A stretch of 64,000 nucleotides of DNA from Candidatus Atribacteria bacterium UBA6794 (GTDB lineage Bacteria; Atribacterota; Phoenicimicrobiia; Phoenicimicrobiales; Stramentimicrobiaceae): positions 9,902 to 73,901 of the forward strand of contig DKFO01000072.1 of the NCBI GenBank assembly GCA_002452835.1, given 5' to 3'. Each line of letters begins with the position of its first letter. The first letter of the stretch is position 1. Shown here one piece after another: positions 49,059-59,905 of this stretch. A program made the position numbers and the translations under genes. The notes beneath the pieces are model-generated. The model was not told the DNA's origin. It was given only the letters and a program-made list of their open reading frames with translations, and made no database searches.

Positions 49059-51407
49059 TTATCTAATAGGGCAAATACCACTCTCACAGGATTCATCCCC
49101 GGGATCAGTTGTGATATCATCTTTCTCATATTTGGAAATAAGGGAAGGGATAAAGTGAACCATGCTTTTAACTCGTCGCTCATATTCCTGCTTACTTATT
49201 TCTTCATAGGGCATCTGGGCATAGAAACTATCATCTAAAGAGACAAAGCTCACTGCTACCACATCATCCCAATTATTCCACAACCACTCTTCCACTTCTT
49301 CCCATTCCTCATTTCTGACATGGACGGTAATGGAGGTGTTATGGTCGGTATATTCTTTTTGAAAAGCACGATAGTTTTCCAGTTGTTGGATAGCAGAAAC
49401 CTCTTTTTTTGTTTTTCCTGCTGGGGCACTGCAGGGAAAGGAAATTACCTTGGTGCGGCAATTATCTTCCGTCTGTCCATTTTCCGGTTTTATATCATAA
49501 CCAAGCTCTTCACATACCTTAAGCAAGGGATCAGAGGCATTTATGCGCACTCTTCTGATAAAGTAGGGGGCATGGGAATAATGCACCCCACTGGATACCG
49601 TCGGTAACTGAGAAAGTGTTCCTTCAGGTTTGACTGTAGTAACCAAAAGAGGAGGATTAATGCCAAGTTTTCTAGCATAGGACTCTGCTTCTCGATGAGC
49701 AACTTCTCTTAATTTCTTGCGTAAACGTGATTCTTCTTCCGGGGACATATTGGTGGCATTCACCATATCCTGCCATCCGGTGAGACTACAACCAACCAAT
49801 CTATCCCTCTTCTGCTTGATGTCCCACTCATCTAATTCTAAATCTAAAAAAGTCATTCTAAAGGCAGCACGAACCGAAAGACGCTGGGCTTCCATTAGTT
49901 TTTTTTCCTCCAATTTTCCATCTTGCACAAAACCCAGCACATTTACTGTTGTTAAATTACACATCTGTTCCCGGTCTAACAATACCTCCATACAAGGATT
50001 AGCTCCCTCCAGATTCGGTCTTCTTTTAGCTGCTGCTTCAGCATTCATAAAACCAGGCTCACCGCTGTAGCGCATCTGTTGGATATGCCAGGAAAGTTTT
50101 TCCCGAGAAGGTTTGGTAGTATAAAAAATGCTATTGTTACTCATTTCTCGATAATCAATCTCTTCATTTTTTACCCATTTACCATCAATCAGTTCATAAA
50201 GATTGTTTTTGGCATTCAAGATATCCTGGTCATCAGGGTCAAATAATATTACTTCACTGGTTCTGCGCACTCCACCAACCACTACGTTCTGACCAATAAT
50301 ATTGGCAATATCCAGGCAATCCACCGGTTTTAATTTCTTCAGTTGTCCCAAACAGTTATTTTTTACAATTTTATCTATTCTGGAAAACATCCTTTCCAGA
50401 CTTTCATATCCGGAGGCAGTCCCCCCAAAAGTTTTTAATCTCTCCCCCTTAGGTCTGACCTGGTCATAATTAAAAATAATAGTATTAATCTGCCTATATT
50501 CCTTTCGGGACAGGATATTCAAAAATAAATCTAAAGCCTCTACCCAGCCTTCCTTACTATCTCCGATAATAATATGGGCTGTATCTTTCTGAAATATAAC
50601 ACTGGTGAGGTCCTCCCTTTGTTCTTTGGGAACCGGTGAATAGGCTTCATGAATTATTTTTATGTTGGTCCTGACCTTTGGTAATTTCTCTACATCTGAT
50701 TTGAGAACCCGAACTCCTACTCCAGCACCAATCATCAAGAGATAAAAAAGATCTTTAAAGGCACTGAATTTATCCAATACTGTAAAACTACAATTGAAAT
50801 TGGACATGGGATATTTTAAACTAACCTCAGTGCCTCCAGTCCAGAGGGTCCGACCTGCTAAAAATTGTCTTAAATGATAAATATTATCATAGAGGGCTTC
50901 TGCTTCCTGTTGACTGGTGCGAACCAGATTACAGTTAAATTCCACGGCTCTTCTTACTGTTTCCCACCAATATTCTCTTCTCTTTTCTAAAGGCAGCCAT
51001 CGGGAATAAGTACGATAAAAAACAAACTGTCCTAATATAGTGGGAAAAGGGTTAGGGAGATGCTTATATTTACTTATGAATTCATCAGTCAATAATTTGT
51101 GGTTTTCTTTGGCTAATTCTCTTAATTTATCACGTTGTTCCCGGTATAATATATAGGCTTTGGCTACCTCTTTTCTCTCACTATTCATCAATTCTGTTTC
51201 CACGCGCTCTTGAATATCAGCAACTGTCACCCTCTCTACAGACTCTTTCAAGTCCTGCTCAATCTTCTGGGCAATACGAGTGGCAAGCTCCTGGTCTACA
51301 CCCTTGATCGTTTCTCGCATAGCCTGCGTAATAGCATTGATAATTTTTTGCTGGTCAAAATATTGCACTGTATTATCACGCTTAATTACCTTTAACATGC
51401 TAATCAT
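49059..51407 (-). CDS. nrdJ: Class II (adenosylcobalamin-dependent) ribonucleotide reductase with N-terminal ATP cone
   Basis: ATP cone VIKRDN...KIINAI..IQERVE.ELM; FYRTYSR, NFNCSF, VGGVRRTS, NPCME, TVKPEGT, C-terminal CESGICPIR. Confidence 0.93.
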   Translation of the reverse strand: MISMLKVIKRDNTVQYFDQQKIINAITQAMRETIKGVDQELATRIAQKIEQDLKESVERVTVADIQERVETELMNSERKEVAKAYILYREQRDKLRELAKENHKLLTDEFISKYKHLPNPFPTILGQFVFYRTYSRWLPLEKRREYWWETVRRAVEFNCNLVRTSQQEAEALYDNIYHLRQFLAGRTLWTGGTEVSLKYPMSNFNCSFTVLDKFSAFKDLFYLLMIGAGVGVRVLKSDVEKLPKVRTNIKIIHEAYSPVPKEQREDLTSVIFQKDTAHIIIGDSKEGWVEALDLFLNILSRKEYRQINTIIFNYDQVRPKGERLKTFGGTASGYESLERMFSRIDKIVKNNCLGQLKKLKPVDCLDIANIIGQNVVVGGVRRTSEVILFDPDDQDILNAKNNLYELIDGKWVKNEEIDYREMSNNSIFYTTKPSREKLSWHIQQMRYSGEPGFMNAEAAAKRRPNLEGANPCMEVLLDREQMCNLTTVNVLGFVQDGKLEEKKLMEAQRLSVRAAFRMTFLDLELDEWDIKQKRDRLVGCSLTGWQDMVNATNMSPEEESRLRKKLREVAHREAESYARKLGINPPLLVTTVKPEGTLSQLPTVSSGVHYSHAPYFIRRVRINASDPLLKVCEELGYDIKPENGQTEDNCRTKVISFPCSAPAGKTKKEVSAIQQLENYRAFQKEYTDHNTSITVHVRNEEWEEVEEWLWNNWDDVVAVSFVSLDDSFYAQMPYEEISKQEYERRVKSMVHFIPSLISKYEKDDITTDPGDESCESGICPIR

Positions 51408-51581
51408 CTCTCTTTTTAATTTTCTATCCTCTAATAGCTTCCCATTCTTATGGTAGCAACTTTCATAAAAATTTTACTATAAATTTCTCAGAAGATAAAG
51501 GATAATAAACAGAAATTAGAAAATAAAATTCAGGGGTAAAAAATTTAAATCTAAAATAGATTCAGTTCTTTAGCTTTATTT

Positions 51582-52268
51582 TTAACTCTTTCGAAACATC
51601 AGGAAGAGTAATAATACAAAAAGGAAGGTCCCAATTCTTTGAGTTGCTTCCACAAAATAAGTTAAAGCAGCATATCTTAATACTATGGCTACCATTTTAA
51701 TCTCTTGTTGGTCTGCCAGACCTATCTCCTGCAGTGTTTTTAAGGCTCTATTACTGGCATTTAACTCCACTGGTAAGGATACTAGAGCAAAGACGACCAT
51801 ACCGAATAAGAGAATTATCCCTAAATAAACTAAAAATATGTTTCTAAAAAATATTCCCCAAATAAAGATTAAAGGGCTTAATTGACCCATTATGGCCAAT
51901 GATTTAGCCAGTTTATTCCTTAAATTCATAAAACGAAATCCTTGCTTATCCTGCATGGCATGTTCTACCTCATGAGCAACAATCCCCAGGGAAGTAATAG
52001 AAGCAAGTTCTATAATATTAGTGCAAAAATTTAAAGTCTTATTCTGGGGATGATAATAATTTACCATCTGCCTTTTAGTTTGCAAAACTGGTAGGTCAAG
52101 GTTATAAGAAGAAAGCAAAACTTTAGCAACCTCTCCCCCCCTTATTCCTTTTTTATTTGGTACTTTCAAATAACGATAGTAAATCTGTCGAAGTCGCCAT
52201 TGGGCAAACCATCCCAGAAAGGCTGGAACAATAAGAAGTAAATAGAGCGGTTGAAAGGTAAATATCAA
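51582..52268 (-). CDS. Membrane zinc metallopeptidase (YugP-like)
   Basis: AHEVEHAMQ (HExxH), LPVELNASNRA, AALTY. Confidence 0.85.
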   Translation of the reverse strand: MIFTFQPLYLLLIVPAFLGWFAQWRLRQIYYRYLKVPNKKGIRGGEVAKVLLSSYNLDLPVLQTKRQMVNYYHPQNKTLNFCTNIIELASITSLGIVAHEVEHAMQDKQGFRFMNLRNKLAKSLAIMGQLSPLIFIWGIFFRNIFLVYLGIILLFGMVVFALVSLPVELNASNRALKTLQEIGLADQQEIKMVAIVLRYAALTYFVEATQRIGTFLFVLLLFLMFRKS

Positions 52269-53561
52269 CTAAACTATCCTCCTTGCCGCACTTTCTCCAG
52301 CCAGATAGCCAGTACTCCAGCATTCTTGCAGATTATATCCCCCGGAAGGACCATCCAGATCCAGAATCTCTCCGGCAAAATAAAGATTATTAACCTTCCT
52401 GGAGGCCATAGTAGCAGGATCAACCTCTTTTAAGGCAATTCCTCCACTGGTGATCATAGACCAGGGAAATCCCAATAATTGAGTAGGAGTCAATTCAAGT
52501 TCTTTCAGCAAATGTATCAATCTTCTTCTCTCTTCTTTAGAAATATAATCTACTCTTTTTTCGCCTTCTATCTTAGATAAGAAAATTATCACTTCTATTA
52601 AAGAAGCAGGAAGTAACCTTTTTAATGAATTTTTTAACATCCTACCCTTAAACTCCTGAAAATCTCTCTGAATTCTTTCCTCTAATTTTTTAAAATCCAG
52701 AGCAGGCTTTAAATCTAATAGTAGTTTAACTTTTCCTTTCCTTAAATATTGGTCAATACTTTTACTCATATCCATTACAATTGGTCCACTAATACCAAAA
52801 TGAGTAAAGAGCATCTCTCCAAAACGTTCCTCTTTTTTTCTTCCCTCCTGATATAACTTAAGAGAAACATTTTTTAGAGTTACTCCTGGTATCTCTTTTA
52901 CCCATCTTTCGGAGATTTCCACTGGATTTAAAGCTGGCGAAGGTCTAATAATAGTGTGTCCCAACTTTTTTGCCCAGTAATAGCCATCACCGGTTGAGCC
53001 GGTTTGGGGATAAGACTTCCCCCCAGTAGAAAGGATTAGTTTATCAGATAATATTTCCCCTCCGGAATAAATTATTCTAAATTTTTCGGTATCATCTTTG
53101 ACTAGCTCAATATCACTAACTCTACTATTACAGTATATTTTTACTTTTCCTTCCCTTAAATATTCCACCAATACCTGTAATACCTCTCGGGCGTCTCCTT
53201 GTTTTGGGAAAACTCGGTTACCACGTTCCACTTGCCAGCTTAATCCCCGAGATTGAAAAAAATCCAGGACTTCTTTAACACCAAACTTCTCCAGTGCTCC
53301 ATACAAAAAACGACCATTTTTACCAAATTTCTCAGCTATCTGTATTTTATCAAATTCATAATGAGTAAAATTGCAACGGCCTTTACCAGTAAGCAACAAT
53401 TTTTTACCCAGCTGGTCATTTCTTTCCAGCAGGCATACCCGTGCTCCCAGCTGGGCTGCTCGACCCGATGCCATCATGCCAGCTGGACCGCCTCCGATAA
53501 CCGCCACCTCAAATTCATTATCTTTTTCATTAAAACTTATATTTTTCTCAGATAAATTCAT
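52269..53561 (-). CDS. HI0933/BaiN family NAD(P)/FAD-dependent flavoprotein
   Basis: GGGPAGMMA, GKKLLLTGKGRCNFT, GSTGDGY, FTHFGISGP, GGYNLQ. Confidence 0.93.
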   Translation of the reverse strand: MNLSEKNISFNEKDNEFEVAVIGGGPAGMMASGRAAQLGARVCLLERNDQLGKKLLLTGKGRCNFTHYEFDKIQIAEKFGKNGRFLYGALEKFGVKEVLDFFQSRGLSWQVERGNRVFPKQGDAREVLQVLVEYLREGKVKIYCNSRVSDIELVKDDTEKFRIIYSGGEILSDKLILSTGGKSYPQTGSTGDGYYWAKKLGHTIIRPSPALNPVEISERWVKEIPGVTLKNVSLKLYQEGRKKEERFGEMLFTHFGISGPIVMDMSKSIDQYLRKGKVKLLLDLKPALDFKKLEERIQRDFQEFKGRMLKNSLKRLLPASLIEVIIFLSKIEGEKRVDYISKEERRRLIHLLKELELTPTQLLGFPWSMITSGGIALKEVDPATMASRKVNNLYFAGEILDLDGPSGGYNLQECWSTGYLAGESAARRIV

Positions 53562-53647
53562 ATATAAGTACTAACTCAATTCTTCTCCCTTTAGGGAATC
53601 CTTCCCCTGGACAAGCCCTGAAAGAACTTCCAACTAGCAACTGTATT

Positions 53648-53673
53648 TATCGGAATTTCAAAAAATTCGATAC
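53648..53673. repeat. GTATCGAA-type palindrome, inverted relative to 60330
   Basis: TATCGGAATTTCAAAAAATTCGATAC is the near reverse complement of GTATCGAAATTATTGAAATTCCGATA. Confidence 0.65.
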
Positions 53674-53688
53674 TACCAATAAATCCTT

Positions 53689-54891
53689 TTAAGCTCTAAA
53701 GAGAACATTTTCTTTATTAAATAAATGGGTTGCTGCTAAGAGAGCAAGTAAGGCAATAACGATATTACTTATCAGAGTGAATAAAATATGTGTCCCATCA
53801 ACAGTCCCCATTAATAATTCCTTAAAGGTAAAACTATTATTCAAAATAGGGATAAAGAAAAGGGGGTCTGCTAATTCTAGGCCTTGACTTAAGGAAATCA
53901 TACCCAAAAAAATAGCCACCATATAAATGGGAGTAATATAGCTAGAAGCTTCTCTGCTGTTACGGGCAAAAATACCTATTAAGATAAGTAGAGCACTGGC
54001 TAATCCTACCAGTGGGGCCAAAACCAGGAAAAACAAAAAAAATAAGGTCAAAGAAAAAGGTGCTTTTATCAATGATAACTCTCCCAGAGTATAAGCTGGA
54101 GTAAGAAAAGCAATACTCAGCCCAATCAAACCAAGAATCATACTGGTGGCGGAAATGGTCATCACGGTAAAATATTTCCCCATTACAATCTCCAGACGGC
54201 TGAGCTGGCTGACCAATAAGGTGGCCAGAGTCCCCCTTTCTTTTTCCCCAGCAGTAATATCTATAGCAGAATGCATGGCACCAATAAAAATAAGAATAAT
54301 TAAAATATAAGGCAAAATCATACCCAGCAGGGAGCCTACTTTTTTCTCTTCTGCTGCCAGGTCTATCCACTGCTCCGGAAGAGGTTGTATAAAATCGAGA
54401 TCCAGACCTAACTGATTTAATCTACCCCGAATAATTTCCTGCCGATAAGAATCAAGCAAGGCAGTAACTCTCTTTTTGGCTAACTGGGAACGGGGTGCGG
54501 TCGAATCATATTGCACAATAATCTCTGGATTTATTCTGTTATCACTATAATAATCTGGGTTGAAATCTTCAGGAATACTAATCAATAAATGGATTACCCC
54601 CTTGATTAAGGCCTCCTCTGGATTTTCCGGGGGTAACACTAATTCAATCTTTTCCTCTTTTCTCAAAATCTCAGCCAGCTGTGGTACTTTCTCTGCTCCT
54701 GTTATAGTAACCAGGGAAGGTAAAGCTTCAGATTTATCCTGCCCCAGCATGGTAAAATAGCCAATTCCCAAAAAAAGAAGAGGATAAAACACCAGGGGTA
54801 TTACTATCATGCTGATTAGTGCTCTACGGTCCCGAAAGGCACCCTGTATTTCTTTCCCATATAGTAAGCGAATATTCTTCCAGTTCATCAT
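53689..54891 (-). CDS. ABC-2 type exporter permease, NatB-like
   Basis: KE...FRDRR, AGEKERGTLATLL, multiple TM helices. Confidence 0.88.
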   Translation of the reverse strand: MMNWKNIRLLYGKEIQGAFRDRRALISMIVIPLVFYPLLFLGIGYFTMLGQDKSEALPSLVTITGAEKVPQLAEILRKEEKIELVLPPENPEEALIKGVIHLLISIPEDFNPDYYSDNRINPEIIVQYDSTAPRSQLAKKRVTALLDSYRQEIIRGRLNQLGLDLDFIQPLPEQWIDLAAEEKKVGSLLGMILPYILIILIFIGAMHSAIDITAGEKERGTLATLLVSQLSRLEIVMGKYFTVMTISATSMILGLIGLSIAFLTPAYTLGELSLIKAPFSLTLFFLFFLVLAPLVGLASALLILIGIFARNSREASSYITPIYMVAIFLGMISLSQGLELADPLFFIPILNNSFTFKELLMGTVDGTHILFTLISNIVIALLALLAATHLFNKENVLFRA

Positions 54892-55637
54892 ATACTATCC
54901 TCTACTTTAGTGCTAACCAGTTTAAAGAATATCTCCTCCAGATTCTCTCCCTGAAAATTTCTTTTTAAATCGGGTAATGTTCCGGAGGCCAAAAACTCAC
55001 CATGATGAATAATAGCAATCTCATCACACAACTTCTCTGCCTCATGCATTTGATGGGTTGAGAAAATGATACATTTACCATTATTTCTGAACTCCTTTAT
55101 ATAGTCAATCACCACCTTAGCTGTTATAACATCCAATCCTACCGTAGGTTCATCAAAAATCAGGACCGGTGGGTTATGAATAATTGCCCGGGCAATAGAT
55201 AACTTTTGCTTCATGCCAGTAGAAAGTTTATCAACTCTTACCTCCTGAAAACTATTCATATCCAGAGTTTGAAATATCTGGCTCATTCTTTTTTGAATTT
55301 CCTGCTCAGCTAAACCATTAATTCTGCCAAAAAACATGATAGTCTCTCGAGGAGTAAAACGATCATATAAGCCAGTCTCTCCAGAAAGAAAGCCAATACT
55401 TTGCCTTACTTTATGAGCTTCTTTTACCACCTGATATCCATTGACCAGAACTTCACCACTGGTTGGCTTCAGTATAGTTGCCAGTATACGCAAGGTGGTA
55501 GTCTTACCAGCTCCATTAAGGCCTAAAAATCCAAATATCTGACCTTTTTTACAATGAAAGCTAATATCATGGACTGCTTTAATTTTACCCCTTTTTTTAT
55601 CATAAAAAATTTTGGTTAAATTATTGACCCTAATCAC
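54888..55637 (-). CDS. ABC exporter ATP-binding protein, NatA-like
   Basis: GLNGAGKTT, LSTGMKQK, FDEPTVGLD, STH. Confidence 0.92.
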   Translation of the reverse strand: MIRVNNLTKIFYDKKRGKIKAVHDISFHCKKGQIFGFLGLNGAGKTTTLRILATILKPTSGEVLVNGYQVVKEAHKVRQSIGFLSGETGLYDRFTPRETIMFFGRINGLAEQEIQKRMSQIFQTLDMNSFQEVRVDKLSTGMKQKLSIARAIIHNPPVLIFDEPTVGLDVITAKVVIDYIKEFRNNGKCIIFSTHQMHEAEKLCDEIAIIHHGEFLASGTLPDLKRNFQGENLEEIFFKLVSTKVEDSI

Positions 55638-55687
55638 AGATGAATGACCTTTAACTTTCTTATAGTATATTTATATTTTTTCTAATT

Positions 55688-56170
55688 TTAGAGTTTATAA
55701 TTGATAGTTCTTAAAAATTTTCTTCTTTTTTCTATATCTTCCTCTTTTTCAACGCCCTTAGGGAGAAAACCATCAATTACTCCCAATATCCCACGTCCCT
55801 GTTCTGTTTCAGCCACCACCACCTCTATCGGGTTAGCAGTGGCACAGAATATATGACAGACTTCGGGACATTGCTTAATGGCATTCAAAACATTAATAGG
55901 GAAGGCGTTTTCTATAAGAATAATAAAAGCATGACCAGCCCCAATTTCTTTGATATTAGAAATTGCCAATGATTTTAACTTATCATCATTTCCCTCAGCC
56001 CTAACAAGACAGGGTCCTGATGCCTCATTAAAGGCTAAACCAAATTTGATGCCCGGTACCGAGGTAACCAGAATTTCATAAAGATCTTCTGCAGTCTTAA
56101 TAAAATGAGTCTGCCCCAGAATGATATTTACTTCTTCCGGGTAATTTAACTGGACTGTTTTAAGCTCCAT
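55688..56170 (-). CDS. Adenosine-specific kinase family (DUF355) protein
   Basis: NIILGQTHFIKTAEDL, FNEASGPCL, FPINVLN, CATANP, GRGILGVIDG; ATG at 56170 follows AGGAG. Confidence 0.88.
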   Translation of the reverse strand: MELKTVQLNYPEEVNIILGQTHFIKTAEDLYEILVTSVPGIKFGLAFNEASGPCLVRAEGNDDKLKSLAISNIKEIGAGHAFIILIENAFPINVLNAIKQCPEVCHIFCATANPIEVVVAETEQGRGILGVIDGFLPKGVEKEEDIEKRRKFLRTINYKL

Positions 56171-56528
56171 TTTTGTTCTCCTTTTTACCATTTTATTATT
56201 TTTCGTTCTTCCTTATATTCTACACATAAGTAAAACCAAGTTCTACCCTAATTTTCAAATCTTACCTTAAATTTTACCTTACTATTCCCATTTTTCCATT
56301 ATAATATTTTGCCAAAATTCTAGCCTAACCTCCTTCCTTCCTCTCAAAGAGGGGCTTTCATCCTCACCCTAATCCTCACACTAAATTATAATTCCCTTAA
56401 CCTTGGCCGAAATGATAAGATATTTAATCAGGCTCGAGGGTTATAAATTTGCTCCATATCTGTTATAATTTTTATGATAATATAATTTAATTTAGATAGA
56501 TTAAGTAAGGAAGGATTTGATATTTAAG

Positions 56529-57314
56529 ATGAATAATAGCCTTAGCCATAAAGATAGTAACTTTAAAGCAGTATTTTTTGATTTTGGTGGTACCCTTATG
56601 GATGCCGAAAGTGATAAAATTGCCCATTATTACATGATGAAAGACCTAAAAAATATTTACCAGCTTCCTGCAACAGAAGAAGATTTGGTTAATCTCTATC
56701 ATGAACAACTCTTCAATCTGGATATGACCTTAAAGGATACCTCGCACAATAGTAATTTTGATAACAATCAATTTAGAAAATTATATTTTTATTCTAAATC
56801 TGCCTTTCAATTACTTTTAAAAGAATACAATGTAAAGACTTCACCTTCCGATTTTCGTCTATTTCACAAAATTTATTACCAGAATCACTTAAAATATATT
56901 CGTTTAGTAGAGGGAGTCTGGGATGCTATTAGCCTGGTTAAGAACAGTGGTTGTCACTGTGGAATTATCAGCGATATAGACCTGGATTATCAACAGAAAC
57001 AATTTCAAGCCTTAGGAATTAACGATGCTTTTCATTCTATCACCACCTCTGAGGAGGTGAAACATTATAAACCAAGCCCAGCAATTTTCAATGTTGCTTT
57101 ACAGAAAGCCCACTGCCAGGGTAAGGAAGCCATAATGATCGGCGATTCCTATACTAAAGATATTATCGGTGGCAAGAATATGGGAATGACCACCATCTGG
57201 ATTAACAATTATCAAAACCATCTGGATAAAAACATAGCTATGGCTGACAATAAGGCTGATTACAGGGTTAGCCAGTTTAAAGAGGTTATTCCTATATTAA
57301 ATAAGCTTCTGTAA
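56529..57314 (+). CDS. HAD family hydrolase
   Basis: FFDFGGTL (variant DxDxT), YKPSPAIF, MIGDSYTKDIIG. Confidence 0.88.
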   Translation: MNNSLSHKDSNFKAVFFDFGGTLMDAESDKIAHYYMMKDLKNIYQLPATEEDLVNLYHEQLFNLDMTLKDTSHNSNFDNNQFRKLYFYSKSAFQLLLKEYNVKTSPSDFRLFHKIYYQNHLKYIRLVEGVWDAISLVKNSGCHCGIISDIDLDYQQKQFQALGINDAFHSITTSEEVKHYKPSPAIFNVALQKAHCQGKEAIMIGDSYTKDIIGGKNMGMTTIWINNYQNHLDKNIAMADNKADYRVSQFKEVIPILNKLL

Positions 57315-57352
57315 AACTTTTCTATTTTTTATTTTTAAAAGAGAACTGAGAA

Positions 57353-58474
57353 ATGATGAAAATTGAAAATAAAAAATTTAATAGAAATAATCAATTTGCT
57401 TTGCCTTTCTGGATTATCACGGGGTTATTTTTACTTATTTTTCTGTTTCTGATAAACTACCAGCAAAGCAAGGCTTATGAATACGAATATACCTGCGAAG
57501 AACTCACTATTCCTATTCTGACTTATCATAAATTCTGTAGCGGAGAAAGTCCGGATGCCTATACCATTAACATTGATCTTTTTAGACAGCAAATGGATTA
57601 TCTTAAGGATAATGATTATCGGGTAATTTCTATCTCTCAGCTTCTGGAAGGTATGGAAAACAACTTTTTTCCCGAAAAACCAGTGCTAATTACTATTGAT
57701 GACGGATTTAAATCTGTTTATACTTTAGCCTTCCCGATATTAAAAGAATATGGCTTTCCCGCCACTCTTTTTTTATATACTGATTATATTGCTAATGGGG
57801 CTAATCAGTTATCCTGGCAGGAAATTAAGGAGATGATAGATATGGGAATGGAAATCGGCTCCCATAGTCTCAGCCATAGTAATTTGCTTAATACGAAACA
57901 GAATGAATCTTATCTGGATTACGTAACCAGAATAAAAAAAGAAATCTTCCTTTCTAAGACAATTTTAGAAAGGAATACCGGGAGTACTGTTAATTCCTTC
58001 GCTTATCCTTATGGTGTTTACAGTCAAGAGATTATCATGCTGGCAAAACAGGCTGGATATAAAGCCTTACTTAATGTAAATAATATGAATAACTCTATGC
58101 CCATTGATGCTTACTCTCTCAATCGTCAAATTATATCGTCGACCTGTTCACTTAAACAATTTCAGGCTATTCTTCAAGAAAAAACATTACCAGTTAATAA
58201 TATTTTCCCTCCCGATGGTACCATTACTGATAATCAAGGAATTACCATAGGAGCAATACTAAATAGTCAGAATATAGAACCAGGTTCCTTATATTTTAGG
58301 CTAAGCGGTTCTGGGTTTCTGAACTACTCCTACTATCCAGAACAGCAAAAAATATCTTTTACTCCACTGGCTCCCAACTTACTCCAGAAGCGTACCTGGA
58401 TTGCCCAGATTACTGCTCGAGATGTGGAAACTGGGCTCCAACGAAAGGTGTCCTGGCTTTTTACCATTAGATAA
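57353..58474 (+). CDS. Polysaccharide deacetylase family protein
   Basis: PILTYH, ITIDDG, GSHSLSH, FAYPYG; N-terminal TM anchor. Confidence 0.92.
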   Translation: MMKIENKKFNRNNQFALPFWIITGLFLLIFLFLINYQQSKAYEYEYTCEELTIPILTYHKFCSGESPDAYTINIDLFRQQMDYLKDNDYRVISISQLLEGMENNFFPEKPVLITIDDGFKSVYTLAFPILKEYGFPATLFLYTDYIANGANQLSWQEIKEMIDMGMEIGSHSLSHSNLLNTKQNESYLDYVTRIKKEIFLSKTILERNTGSTVNSFAYPYGVYSQEIIMLAKQAGYKALLNVNNMNNSMPIDAYSLNRQIISSTCSLKQFQAILQEKTLPVNNIFPPDGTITDNQGITIGAILNSQNIEPGSLYFRLSGSGFLNYSYYPEQQKISFTPLAPNLLQKRTWIAQITARDVETGLQRKVSWLFTIR

Positions 58475-58550
58475 GATAGAAGATAGCTTAGAGCCTATCT
58501 TACTAATACCTTCTAACTTTAATTATTCCCTCCCTTTCCTATTATTAAAA

Positions 58551-58769
58551 TTATTCCAATTTAGCATCCTTTAATTTTTCTACCATCTTGATAAAATCAT
58601 CTATCCACTCAGCATCAAAGTTAATCCCTTTTTTGGTATGAATATATTCATCTTTATCTTTCAACTTGACATAGGTTCTCAAATCAACCCTATAAGAACC
58701 TTTATACTCTCCCACCGATAACACAAGACGCTTATTATCAGTAATATCCAGTTTACCAATTTGCTTCAT
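58551..58769 (-). CDS. PC4/YdbC-like single-stranded DNA-binding protein
   Basis: EYKG.YRVDLRTY...HTKKGI pattern. Confidence 0.82.
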   Translation of the reverse strand: MKQIGKLDITDNKRLVLSVGEYKGSYRVDLRTYVKLKDKDEYIHTKKGINFDAEWIDDFIKMVEKLKDAKLE

Positions 58770-58816
58770 ACACTATTTCCTTTCCTCATTTCTTTCTTTA
58801 TTGTTCTACTAATTTG

Positions 58817-59170
58817 TTAAGCATCAAGCATCCCTTCTCCACCAGCAAGATGATAGGGATCAACTGTGACTATCTTAACCGCAGGGAATTTTTCTTCAAT
58901 TTTTTTCTTCTCTTTTTTAAAATTTGGTGAAATAATAATTTCCAAATGCTTAATTTGCTCTGCATAGTTAATAACATTCTCATGTGGTTTAACAGGGGTA
59001 ATGAGAAAACATCTTTGGAAATTATATCTCGCTAAATATTTTTCTATACCCTGTAGGTGTAAAATTCCAATTTTTTTGATATGAGAAACAAGAACTAACT
59101 CACCTGATTTTGGGGTATCAAACATGGAAAAAATTCCTCTCTTTCCTTCTACATAAATATCTTTAAACAT
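58817..59170 (-). CDS. Hypothetical protein
   Basis: 117-aa ORF co-oriented between the DUF6391-like and PC4 genes. Confidence 0.7.
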   Translation of the reverse strand: MFKDIYVEGKRGIFSMFDTPKSGELVLVSHIKKIGILHLQGIEKYLARYNFQRCFLITPVKPHENVINYAEQIKHLEIIISPNFKKEKKKIEEKFPAVKIVTVDPYHLAGGEGMLDA

Positions 59171-59195
59171 ATCTATATAATATAATCTCTAATAA

Positions 59196-59849
59196 TCAAT
59201 AATAATTTACAGTCCTGATAAAATAGGCTCGTGGAAAATGTCTTAACAGCAAATCAGCCTCCTTGCGGTCTAATTCATATTCTAAACCAACAATCTCTGT
59301 ATTTCTTACTTCACAGGAAGTTGTAAAATATTTTTGCACATATTCACCTAAATAGGGACTGATTAGATTGGAAATTAAGAGAGCAATTAAGATATAAAAA
59401 ATACTTATTATCCCGGTAGCAATCAGTAAAATTAAAAATATCAAGGCAGTCACAAAATTGGCAATGGCTATATCGGTCCCACAACGTCGGTGAATTGCTA
59501 AGTGACAATTACCCTGCTTTAATAAGTTTAAACCCTGCAAGGCTGCTCTTTCTATCAATTCCGGATTTTGTATTCCAGCAATGTAGAAGCCGTCTTCCCG
59601 GGATAAACCAGAAATATTTAAATGAGACCCGGCCCATTCTTCTAATACATTTATGGTAGCATGTTCAATGGCATGATTTCTCCTTAAATTTTGACTGCGG
59701 GCGATCTTCCAGATTTGGCCAGGGACCGTAATCAGGTTAATAAAAGAATAAATAGTAAAACCGTAGGGTAAAAAAATCAGGGCAATAATAAAAAAGAAGA
59801 ATAAGGGCATTAAAAATAAATATATTAATATTAATAATAGAAAAAACAA
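59196..59849 (-). CDS. Membrane protein, DUF6391-like
   Basis: RRNHAIEHATINVL and LAIHRRCGT motifs flanked by TM helices; TTG start after GAAGG. Confidence 0.72.
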   Translation of the reverse strand: MFFLLLILIYLFLMPLFFFFIIALIFLPYGFTIYSFINLITVPGQIWKIARSQNLRRNHAIEHATINVLEEWAGSHLNISGLSREDGFYIAGIQNPELIERAALQGLNLLKQGNCHLAIHRRCGTDIAIANFVTALIFLILLIATGIISIFYILIALLISNLISPYLGEYVQKYFTTSCEVRNTEIVGLEYELDRKEADLLLRHFPRAYFIRTVNYY

Positions 59850-59905
59850 TTTTAGAAACCTTCCTTCTTATTAATATTTCAATCTTCTTACCAAAAATCA
59901 TTCCC

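Noticed and set aside
51410..51580. Cobalamin riboswitch upstream of nrdJ
   Set aside because: Short AT-rich gap with no B12-box-like sequence recognised
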